This document shows, piece by piece, positions 53,496-64,000 of a stretch of 64,000 bases of DNA. The DNA comes from Lama guanicoe. Lineage: Eukaryota. The translations under genes were made by a program, and so were the position numbers. The stretch lies in contig MU054400.1 in NCBI GenBank assembly GCA_013239625.1, positions 5,211,802-5,275,801 of the forward strand, read 5' to 3'. Within the stretch, counting starts at the first letter, position 1; the number at the start of each line of letters is the position of its first letter. The notes under the pieces are model-generated. The model worked only from the letters and a program-made list of their open reading frames with translations. It made no database searches and had not been told where the DNA came from.

Positions 53496-53927
53496 TCTTG
53501 CTACCCACTCAAAAATCCTAGAAGAGCAGAGTGACAGTAAGGATGTTTTCTTTGCTCAGCTTGTGCCAGAAACCATTAGTGTCTCTGTGAACCGGGCACT
53601 GGGAAGAAAGGAGACTGTCAATGGCAGCAAGGTGGTGTTCCTGGGACTCAATTCCTAAGATCTTTCTAGTGGCTCAACGGGATTTATAGAATGAGGAGCG
53701 ATTGCGTGGGAGTGAGCGTGCGTGCGCGTGCGTGTGTGTATTTGAGACTACAACCCAATGAAAATTATAAAGGGAAAATAGCCTTTAAGTACTATCTACT
53801 CAGCCATAGCTGCAGATTTTCATAGAAGTCTGTGTAAGGTTTAATTTGCAATAGTTATCTTTCTTCCTGCTGCTGGATTGTTAGAATTTATTTTGGCTTT
53901 TGTTTCTTCTAAGACTGCATGTTTTTA

Positions 53928-54059
53928 TTTTTTAATTTATTTTTTATTTTATTAAACATTTTTAATTGAGTTATAGTCATTTTACAATGTTGTGTCAAAC
54001 TCCAGTGTAGAGCATAATTTTTCAGTTATACATGAACATACATATATTTATTGTCACAT
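53928..54059 (-). mobile_element. Young, very short camelid L1 3' end with perfect 18-bp TSD
   Basis: TAAGACTGCATGTTTTTA at 53910-53927 and 54060-54077 flanks a T-rich tail and aattgagttatagtcattttacaatgttgtgtcaaactccagtgtagagc. Confidence 0.92.
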
Positions 54060-55099
54060 TAAGACTGCATGTTTTTAAATTGTTGCTAAATCAACAAAGA
54101 GGACACTTAAGAAAGGTCCATTTAGGCAGGCACTGTTTCAGTACCTCTGTATTGAACTGCATCTATCAGGGTTCTGAGGGATGTTGAATTCCCAAGGAAA
54201 AAACTTCTGGTGAGTAAAGGGAAATGTCAGTGAGTGATGGATTTCTATTGATTCTGGAAATGTTAATAGTAGCATGGAAGCTTAAATAGTTTTCCATTTA
54301 AAATTAAGCAGCTCTGCTATTACACAATTCACTTCATCTTTTGTAATTTTTACCTGCCTGTGTGTACGTTTATTTTGAGATTTGCAACCATTATCTATTG
54401 CTATGCATTTCTTTTACAGTAGAAAAATTGTATGTGATAGTTGTACATTATATATAAAAAGATTCGATAACACTTTGAAAAAATCTTTAGCAAATGAGCA
54501 TGAACTTGATAGCTCTTAGCTAATAATGGTTACTATGTCGATCTGACTCTCTAAAGGTTTTTTGATTTTTTTGTATTCCTGGAAACACAAACTCTAAGTC
54601 AAGAGTCTCCCATTTCAGCAGACCTGGCTTGTTTTAGGAAGCAGAAGTGCATCATCGATGTAATTTTAAGTAGTCCTGTTATGAATATGGGATGAAGGGA
54701 TAAAATGAAGTTTTCCAGCCTGATGTCTCCATTAAGAAGCTCCCCTTTGTGTAAAATACTCCATGGCAAAGTTGCTTCTATTTAAAGTAGTGAGTTTGAT
54801 CTTGGCTTTGATCTAAAGCTTTTGATCTTGAAAGAAGGATGGAGTAGCAATAAAGAGAGGGCAAGACAGATTTTCTTTAAAGAAATGCGATAAAATTAAA
54901 GGAATGGTCAAGATCAGCAAACGCGAGTGCGACCCGACTCTTCTCCCCAAGCGCTCACCCCCCAGGCTGATTCAGCCAACTTCTGATGAGGATGGAAAGA
55001 AAGCCTTTTGGGGGCTGGCGGAAAAACCTGGGGGGTATCGCACACTTTTATAAACTAAGTGGAAACTTTCTCCTATTTATGAAGACAGACTGTCCCCTT

Positions 55100-56350
55100 T
55101 GCAAATTCTACCAGTCGCTTTGGCGGGGGGCGGGTGTCCTCGGGCCGGGCGAGCGCGGCGCCGGCCACGCTTAGCCCGAGCGCCTTAGCCCCGCGACGCG
55201 CGGCCGGAGCTCGGGGTTCGCCTTTAACGCGCTCCCAGCTTCTCCTCCGGCAGGTCACCTGCCACCGCCCCAGAGTCCGGAGGGGCCACTTAAAAACGTC
55301 TACTTAATGGCGTCTAATCCATTCCCGGGGAAAACTCCATTAGGAAAGTTCCTTTGCCTCTGCGAAGGCCATCGGGACGCTCAGGTTCCTGACCCGAGGA
55401 GCGAGTTCAGGCTGGCCGCGGGGGTGAGGGCGCTTCTCCCGCTAAGCCTTTTCGCTCGCCGGCGGGCATCACTTCTCCCACCGCGGCCGAGAAACCCTTC
55501 CGCGGATACCCAGGGGTGGGGGCTGGCAAGGTGAGCGTGCGCGCCCGGGGTCGGGCCGCGCGTGGGAGGGCGCGGGAGCGCGGGCGCGGGCCGGACGCGG
55601 AGAGAGGAAGAAAGATGTTTGCGAAGAGAACAATAAGATAGCCGGCGCGCCGGCGGGGGCGGGGGCGGAGGCGACCTGCGGGGAGGGCGGCGCGGCCGCC
55701 TATACCTTTAAGGCAGGCCCCGCCCCCGCCCCCGCCATCTCCGCCGGGCCGGCGGGGCGGACGGCCCTGGGCGCGGGCTCCGGCGCCCCGCTCCCACCCT
55801 CACCTTCCGCGGGCGAGGTACGGGGTCAGCGCGCCGAGTTGGTGGAGTGCAGGGGCGGGAGGCTGGGGCGGCTCCCGGGATAAACTTGACTCTGTCCCCT
55901 TCCCCCGCAGCCGCTGCAGAGGGAGCGCCAGGCCGGGGCGGAGTGCGGGCTCGCGCGGCAAGTGAGCGCGGAGGTGAGTGCGGGCGGCGCGGTCCCTGCG
56001 TTCCTCTCCCTCCCGGGGCGGTGGGTCCCGCGGCGCATCCCCGCCGCGGAGCCCCGGGCGTCCGGTCGGCGCGACGGCGGCGGGTAAGATGGCCCTGGTT
56101 CGGGGGCTCCGGCGCGGGGGCGGCAGAGCAGGCCCGTGGCGGAGGGAACGGCCGGGGCGAAGGTCACGGCCTGGGCTCGCCGCAGAGCCGAGGGCCCCCC
56201 GCTGCCCGTGCGGCCCCCGCGCCGCGAAAGGGGCCCGAGGCTTCCCCAGGTGAAGCCGAGGAGGGCTGCGTCGCGAGGCCGTCCGTCGTGTCTTTCTCAC
56301 GCGGGGGGCGGCCCTCAGGACCCGTCGTCCTGTTTGAAATGCCCTGTGGT
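55100..56350. promoter_or_regulatory. Intragenic CpG island / probable alternative promoter
   Basis: Abrupt very GC- and CpG-dense 1.2 kb in AT-rich flanks. Tandem GC boxes (GGGGGCGGGGGCGG near 55655, CCCCGCCCCCGCCCCCGCC near 55717) and an isolated AT patch TATACCTTTAA at 55701. Confidence 0.85.
55911..55973 (+). CDS. AOPEP: AOPEP coding exon, 63 nt: PLQRERQAGAECGLARQVSAE
   Basis: Acceptor tcccctTcccccgcag|CCG, donor GAG|gtgagt, phase 0-0. Lies inside the CpG island. Confidence 0.94.
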
Positions 56351-56363
56351 TTTTGAACTTCAG

Positions 56364-56438
56364 GTCGCGAAATGGGTTCGAGTGAACCGGAGACCCCGAA
56401 AGCGGAAACGAAGGGAGACCGAAGAAGTGTTTGAAGAG
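56364..56438 (+). CDS. AOPEP: AOPEP coding exon, 75 nt: VAKWVRVNRRPRKRKRRETEEVFEE (basic nuclear/nucleolar localisation signal)
   Basis: Acceptor tttttgaacttcag|GTC, donor GAG|gtaggg, phase 0-0. Peptide is visible in ORF-track 56136..56501. Confidence 0.95.
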
Positions 56439-59400
56439 GTAGGGATCCCCGAAAGAGAGCACTGTGTGGAGCTCTTGATCAATCTCTCCGTCTGCCCCTG
56501 AGTACTTGGTCACACAATAGAGTAGCATTTAAAAAAAAAAGTTTTAATTAAATTTACAGGAAACCGTAGGTGTGCATGGATAGTTATATAGAAAATACTC
56601 GTTAGTACTCCTGATTATCAACGTATTGTGTTCTCATGAAGTAAGAATGACCAGGATGGAAATTTCTTTCATGCTCATTAAATAGAGCATTAAGACGTTA
56701 AGTGAGTTCCATTATTGCATTAGACCTGTACTATTTATTAGGACGTTACATTATATTATTATTATTATAGGTACCTCTAAAGGCGGGGGGGGGTGTTCTG
56801 AATCAGTCACCCACAATATCAGGTTTCTCTGGTTGTGACAGAGACAACACACTCATTCATTTAGACCTTAAATTAGAGCAATCTCAAAAATGGAGAGAGG
56901 AGGTGAAAGAAGTGTATTACTTTTGAAACCGTAGGAGGGATTTTATTTACCGAAGCAAATGAGAAATGTGTTCTTCTAAATTTAGAATTTCCATATGCTA
57001 CTTTGCAGAAGTTTGGACTACCTGTTTTCTCCTGAAATTGTGTTAAGTTAAATTTTGATTTGTCATTGTAATGAATATTATGAAACAAGGTAAGTAGTCT
57101 GTTGTTTTCTAAGTGATTTCGTTGAAAACTCTCAAAAGTGAATAATATTTCCACAAGGGTTACAGCAGATAAGATTTTTGTTGCTTTTGCTTAATTATTT
57201 TACTGTTTTTCGATTCTTGAAAGCACCAAGGGATTAAAATAGCCGTGTGTTGTTTTTCTGCTTCGAGAATGTATGATGAATCACTTCTGATTCTGAAGCC
57301 AAATTCTTACTGATAGCATTGCTGCCAACTTCTGTGATGTGTTGCCTGAGTATGGGCATTGCAGCGTCGGAGAATGTGCACAAAGCACATCATAATGAAG
57401 GTGATACCAAAGTTTCAGAGTGCATTTAAGGATACCAAGGGCAGCTTCTAAGAGAATTGGAAAAAGAACTGACCTGGGAGTACAGTCATCTGTAGGGCGA
57501 CAGTCAGTGTGTGAAAAGCCCTTTCCTTTTTAAACAAAGAGTCATATACGTCACTTAAGTTAAATAGTAATAGAAAAAGTTATCATTTTGAACCGGCTTG
57601 AGTTTTCTGACCAGACCTCGGCATGCTGTGGTAGGTTGTGTTTGTTTAACTTTCAAGGTCTAGATGTTTTTAAAAACGTTGGTGAGGTGATGGATGAGAT
57701 CACAGAATGTCCAAAGAAGGGAAAAGAATTATGGCTTGCTTAGTATTTAAGAAAAAAAATATTTCCTAGGGATTATTTTTTAAACCAAAAGTAAGATTGC
57801 CCAAGTGCACAGTGTATCATGCATAAAAGAAGGGGAAGGCGTTATCTTTGTGGGTTACCAGGTTCCATCACTACCAGAATCTGGATTGAAAGTGACCATA
57901 TCTGTGACACCCATGACCTGACCACTGCCTTCTGTGAATGAGAAGGGTCGGGACTGAGGATTTTGCCTTCCAAGAAAACTGGAGTTGCTGGCTGTGCTAT
58001 TTCTCCTTGAGAGAGGCTATTGTGTTAGGGCCTTGACTTTTCTTAGAAATTGTGGGCAGCAGTTTTTTAAAGAGGACATGAAAATGAAATGGGTTGAGAC
58101 CAACGTGCCGAACTTCCTTTCAAGGAATGAAGCTTAAAGCTGACTAGCTTTGAGGGTGGAGGTGCAGAGAGCGGGAAGATGGGAAATTTCAGAATTGTGT
58201 CAGAGAGTATTAATGATCAATGTCTCCAGTCTTTCCTTCTGGTTCTGCACATGGCCCGCTGTTTGGCCTCTGCCATTACTGGGAGAGGGTTTGGAGCTCT
58301 CTGAGGCAAAGCAGGCGATATTTTCAAGGGCAAGGAGAAAGAATGTGTAATCAGCGACCAAGGGCATTGGAACAAGTTCTGAAAGGCACCGAAGCCGTCC
58401 TGCAGCTGGTAGCCGAGTGTGTCCCCTGATTGTCTGAGTGTCTATTCCAAAACACAGATCCAGTCCTGTGATAACTAGTCTTCAGACCCAGGTCATTGGT
58501 TAACCTTCTGCTGAGACTTGAACATGTTATTCCTCGGAATCCAGGTAGTTAACTTACTGCTGAGCTTAGTAAGTTTTTAAAAACGTCTGTCATGCCACAA
58601 GTAGGAGCAAATTAAGTTTCTCCTTTTTCATGCATCCACTGTTTTTCTACAACATTAAAATAAAAATGTGGTGTTTTCTGCTCCTATTCATTTTCTGTAA
58701 CTGAAATAAGAAAATGAGTTCTAGACGTTTCTAGTAGGTTGTACCTTTTAAATCTAGGCATTGTTTTCATTTGTCTGCTTAGCTGTCTTTGCCCTTCTTT
58801 CACCTTCATGCTGCCCTTTCTTCCACCCCCCAAGTCTCTTTTCAGGCCTCAGGCAGGGTTCAGCCCAGAGGAGTGAACTTAGGGGATAACTAGTCTGTAT
58901 TTAAGTACCCTAAGGCCGTAACGTTTTCCCTCTGATTTTTACTGACTCGTGGAAAGCAGTCTTCTGACCCGCCTGAGGAAGGAAAACAGGAGTGGTGTAA
59001 GGCCAGGGTCTGGAAATGGTCCTTGGGCGAGGAGTTTTACATTAAAGAATGTAATCTTACAGGAATAATTATTTCCTCTCCCTTAAAACCTCGCAAGTGC
59101 TAAGTGGAAGGCATAGCCTGGTGTAACTTAAAACACTAGTTGGGTTTTTCAGTGAACTCAGAAGCAAAACAAACTTATCCTGTGCTTAGCTGTGGGTTAA
59201 AATAACGAATAATGAAATAAAGTAAACTGGAGGAGTGAGAGGTACCACCCAGGAAGGTGATTGAGGGTGCTCTCCTGGCTCTCCTGGCCTGTGTCCTGTC
59301 ATTCCCACCCACCCACCAGATAGCTCAGCTGTCTCCCTGCTGTCTTGCAGGCTTTCCTTTCTCAACTCTCTGAAAATGCATCATTCTCTTGGATGCGGCT

Positions 59401-61994
59401 TCTCCTATCCTCTCTTGACATTTATTTCCATTTTATCTTATCTTTATGTTTTAGCCCCTTCTCCACTGGCACAGCGGAATTCCTTTATACTATTTTTTTT
59501 TGTTTTCTTCATTTTAAATTACAAGGCTCACCTCTCTTTTGCTTCTGGTCCTCAGGTATTTTTTTCCCTGTTTTCTGATAGTCTCCCCTTTTCACTATTT
59601 TGAGTTTTGTTTTGTTTTTTTAATTCGAGTAATTTGTGCAACAGAACGGCAAGGGGAACACAAACAATTAGGCAAAGGACGATTGGGATGAATCGATCAG
59701 GCTGCTCTGCAAGGGGTGGGTTAACAATGGTGATTGTGACACTGAATTGTAGAATGTGCGTTTAAGAAAACGTTCATAGAGTTTACTAAATGGCTATTGG
59801 TTTGGAAGAACACACTTTTTTTCCTGCTTTTATCTAACTGATTCAAAGATAAATACAAATTATCCACTATATTCAAAGATTAATATAACTTCTTTCAAAT
59901 ATAATACATGTAAAATAATATGTCTTTGATAATTTTATCAGTGTTGTAAGGATTAGGACCAATGGGAGAATAATAATTTATGAACTGTATATATGAAGAG
60001 AATATCTGAATGGCATTATGGTTTCTTTAGAAGAAGAAAATTCCAATTTTCATATTCTAGAGAAGCACCCTTTCTACTTTATACATATCTGATAATATAC
60101 AGAGAACAAATTTTAAAGTGCTCATTTCTGGTCGTCAGTAAGTACATGATGATGTCAGAAGGATTCACTGGCATGCTTTCAGAACACTGAAAATTCAACA
60201 AAACTCAGGTTTGCTCTTATTATCAACAGGCAATCTCTCACGTGCAATAGTTTGTTTCTAAGCAAGTGGTCCCGGCGAGGCTGAGGTTGGCCTCTGTTAC
60301 GGTTAGTCATGAGGAACACTAGGTGCAAATGGTTTCCAACAAAAGCACCCTTTAAGGTTGACTTAATTATTCTTTTCTGCCAGAACTTGATAAACAATAC
60401 CCTTGAGAATAAAATTGTTTAAAATTTGGTGAAATTTTCCTTTGCAATGTCGAATAAAATGTAAAAATCTAGAAAGATGTTTGTGAAAATGTGGACTTCG
60501 TATTTAGTGGCCATTTTAGTGGGAGCCAAATAATGAATTCTGTTTTCTAATCTTTGAGAGGGAAATGCTGGAATGATTTTCTTTGCGATAATATCCTTCC
60601 TAAATTCTGAAGCGTTTTCACTCTGCTTTTATTTCATTTGTTCTTTCCACACACTTGATTCTGACCTGAAATCAGTGGTAACCTTGGTATGAATAATAAT
60701 TCACAGGAAATTTAAAAAAATTGTATGTAAAACCCAACTTGGTTATGTATTTTGCCACATTTATTGCTCTTTTTAAAATTTCACACATTCTAGGAGAATA
60801 TTTTTATTACAGTTCTAATACTGAAATATTGAACGTGGTAAAGGTAGGTACAAATTTTAATCTGTTTAACAAAACGCTCTACTGCTGTTTGTCTTTTGTG
60901 ACAGAGGTCTGTTTTCTATTTGGTTTATGATTTCTGGAAAACAACGTTTAAGACTAATAAAAATGATCTGGCTTGCTCTTGGACCTGTAACCGCAGACGG
61001 CAACTATGTTAGGCTTGAGTCTGGAGCCGTCACGATAGAAAGCTTGGCAAAGTGGCACAAGATAGATTTAGGGAGTGCCGAACCCAGGGGTCCCTTCTCC
61101 TCCCCTTTGTAGGAACTACCCGCGTTTAGCAAAATGGTAGGTGTGGGCAGCCACTCTGAGGCAACTGAGGTAGCGTTCGTGTTGAGTGCTTTCCCAGGCA
61201 TTGGTGTCCTTTCCTGTCTTGAAAGTGCTCTTGCCCTGTGAGAATTCATTACTAGCCTGCATTTATATAGCTGTAATCTCTTACAATAGTTTCATTGATA
61301 CTTGATCTCCATAGAAAAGCTTTATGGATTCTAATGAGTCACAGCTCTTGAGGCCCCAGCCTCCCTCCTCCCTGTCTGTGAGTGACTTTGTGTCCCGTGT
61401 TGTGCTCAAGTCCTGTGTTGTACTGACTGTGCCTTTGGATGACAGCTAACTTGAGTGATGGTGGGGGAGACGGAGTAATTTATTAAAAATAATTACAAAG
61501 AAACCAAACAAAAGGAGTAATTACAGCACTGTTAATATGCAATTTGTTATTTTATTGCTGAAGTATTTGGAACTAAGCCTTTTCTGTGGGTCTCCCTTTT
61601 TTTCCTTGTACATCCCTAAACAGATACATAATTTATTAACTTTTCTGTACCCAGGTCTCAGGTTAGATCTGGTGTCATAAGATCTTGGCTATTTTTTCTT
61701 TCTTTTGCCTTTTTTATAGAAAGCTGAACCAAGGAAGAGTTGCTGATAAAGTGTATTTTTGGTAGCCTCAGGAAGGAAGTCTGATCTCTCTAATTTTATG
61801 CCATTAAATTTTCATCTGTTTTGTAGATTTATTTTTTTTAAGAGTCTGCCGTTTAAAAAATAATGTCTGAATTCTGAGTGTACTAAAATTCCTTCCCACT
61901 TTCAACTGGCATAATGGGGAAAATTTAAAGTATAGTCATCCACTCACCCTCACGTACTTATTTACATATTTTAAAAAGAATCTTTGAATGGAAC

Positions 61995-62150
61995 TATTAT
62001 AATAATAGCTGACACTCATCATGTGTCACGCGCTGTTCTAAGTGCATCGCCTGTGTCAGCTCATGTCTGTGTGCCATTAAAGCAGCAGTGTGATAGGAGG
62101 GTGCTGCAGACTGCGTCAGACGCTTTGGGAAGGTAGGTGAGTTACAAACA
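61995..62150 (-). mobile_element. MIR fragment
   Basis: ataataatagctgacactc..gctgttctaagtgcatcgcctgtgtcagctcatgt. Confidence 0.55.
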
Positions 62151-63199
62151 ATTCGAATAATTGCCGTAGAAAAGAATGCTCTGGGCAAGAATTAAAAATT
62201 GTTTTTAACCCAGTCCTAGACCACCAGCATAAAGCATACGTTTCTAAATTAGGAAAATCCCAACCAGCATGTATTTTGAAAACACTTGAAAGTGTGCAGA
62301 TAATTACACTATTGTTGATTTTAGCAGATTTGATGCCAGCAGCCATCAACTCTTATGTGCCGTGAAAGATGAAAGCCATTTTAATATAAAACATAAGAGT
62401 TTGGCTGGGAAAGGGAGGCGGGCAGAGAAATTTCGTGACTTTTAGTTAGTTTTATGGGAAGCATTAGTTACATTCCTGTGACAGAATGCTTTACTTGGCG
62501 ATCATTCTCATCTTAGGCATTTTAATGAGCTGTTGTTTTGTGCCTGGTATCATGTGGCACTAATAAGATGCATTATTTTAGTAGCACCTACTGGTGTCAG
62601 TATAGTTTAGGGTTTGTCATTATTTCATACTCTTCTATTTTAGGAGGCCAGCACTAGCATGTATCTTTAAGTCTGGCCAACATGTAATTCATAAGTCTTT
62701 CTGGATCTCTACACAAAGCAAAAATGACACTCAAGCCTCGTATCTCCAGCAGTCGCAAAACGATCTGATTACTTGCAACCTCGATAAATATTTGTTGAAT
62801 GAGTTAGATAAATGAATCCCACAGACGGCACCTGTCTTACAAAGTCATACCTGGCTGTTGCATTTTTAAAAAATTTTAATGTCCAGGTTTTTGTTTATTT
62901 TGTTTCGTAATGACAAATTTTCATTAAAGCACATCTGGTGGAGCTTCCCTGGCTTTGTTGTGGGTCATCTTTTTCATCTCTTTCACCAAAAGAGCTCAGA
63001 GCTGGGAAGACCAACATCGGTTCCAGCTCTGTCACCTAATTATTTGGATGTATTTATGCTCCTTGAGTTTGTCGCTTAACTTTTGCTTTCGTCTGAAAAT
63101 CCTTTTACTTAATAGGCCAGTTAAACCAACGTACATTAATTATAAAATTAATATTTACATAGTTTTAGGGTATACTTTTCCTTCCTTCCACTTTTTGGT

Positions 63200-63960
63200 A
63201 TTTAGGGAGGCTTGTGTTTTCGTCTGATGGTTACTTTGACGTAGTAACACATTCTTGCCTCTGCCCACTTTTTTTGGCTCTTGCTTACTGATTTTGTGCT
63301 GTGAGCAATAGTAAAGTGAGATATTAACCTTTTCTTGCCCCTCCCCTCTTTATCTTCCATCCCGTGACTTGAACTGTTTGTTATCTTTTAACTTATAGGT
63401 AAGCACCTACAACAAAATCATTATGCTGTGTGTTTTTCATGTATTTTTCCCATCCCTCCTCCCCTTTTTGGTAGTTGTACCATGTCTGCAGTGTCCAGAG
63501 TGTGTAGCTGTTACATGTTACACTGTACTCTTTATAAAATCACTTAGTTTTAGTTCTGCAAGTAAGCTTGTCTTTGATGCTCATCACTCACCCTTATATT
63601 GATCGTTGGTCATTTTGGTTTTTTGAAGCTAGTTGTTCTGTAGTGGATTTCTCAGGAAGAGCTCGGGGCAACAATATTTCCTGAGTTCTTGTATGTTTAT
63701 AAGTTTGCTCTTTACACACGAAGGTCAATTCAACAAGACATAAAATCCTTGGCTCAGATCTTTAAGTATCTTAATTATGTTGCTCCGTTGTCTTGCTTTC
63801 AGTCTGATGCTGGTCTTGTTTCTTTCCCTCCGAGTGCCCTGTGTTTTTCCTCTGGATGCCTAGTTTTTTTGTGTTTTTTTTTAATTCCACAGATTTTTCT
63901 TTGACGTATCGCATTGTGGTTCCGTTTTACCAGTTGTCACTTGCTTTTGAGCTTTATTTT
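63200..63960 (-). mobile_element. Very old antisense L1-like (L1ME/HAL1) fragment
   Basis: T-rich; atttcctgagttcttgtatgttt..acataaaatccttggctca..agtctgatgc..tttttcctctggatgcc. Similar in character to 20030-21400. Confidence 0.5.
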
Positions 63961-64000
63961 CTTCATTCGTAAAAGGAGAATAATGATACCTTTTTTTTGC

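Larger units (their letters stand above)
1..64000 (+). other. AOPEP: Internal portion of the AOPEP (aminopeptidase O, M1 metallopeptidase) transcription unit; six coding exons, mostly intron
   Basis: Six exons with AG/GT boundaries and compatible phases join into a continuous peptide matching my recollection of the C-terminal part of human aminopeptidase O. The first exon starts mid-codon and the last ends at a donor, so the gene extends beyond both exon ends. Confidence 0.93.

Noticed and set aside
55800..56528. 242-aa minus-strand ORF and other long overlapping ORFs in the CpG island
   Set aside because: Arg/Pro/Gly/Ala-rich low-complexity translations are expected where GC content makes stops rare. 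No recognisable domain.
56439..64000. miR-23b/27b/24-1 hairpins
   Set aside because: I did not see the mature sequences when reading the window. The cluster is expected further downstream, near the last AOPEP exons.
1..64000. CRISPR array, operon or horizontally acquired prokaryotic/viral system
   Set aside because: No repeat-spacer periodicity and no long gene-dense ORFs. Composition is explained by mammalian intron, repeats and one CpG island.

Overview
Mammalian genomic DNA, almost certainly a camelid (alpaca, llama or camel), judged from a Vic-1-like tRNA-derived SINE and lineage-type L1 3' ends. The window lies inside the + strand AOPEP (aminopeptidase O / C9orf3) gene. Six short coding exons (15545-15647, 16295-16402, 26008-26051, 34009-34069, 55911-55973, 56364-56438) splice with canonical AG/GT sites into one open frame (..RPNKEKTGHV..VHYLK|GYFLL..LILSQ|DFLQ..EEKR|LELSV..GIPQ|PLQR..VSAE|VAKW..RRPRKRKRRE..FEE). 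The start and end of the gene lie outside the window. The remainder is intron filled with L1, L2, MIR, MaLR/ERVL LTRs, hAT/mariner MITEs and microsatellites. The most notable structure is an intragenic CpG island (about 55100-56350) over two coding exons. It has promoter-like motifs, several unused strong splice donors and a candidate poison cassette exon. No prokaryotic-type system, RNA gene or second protein-coding gene was found, and I saw no clear previously undescribed system. Repeat subfamily names come from recalled consensus sequences, and most repeat boundaries are approximate.
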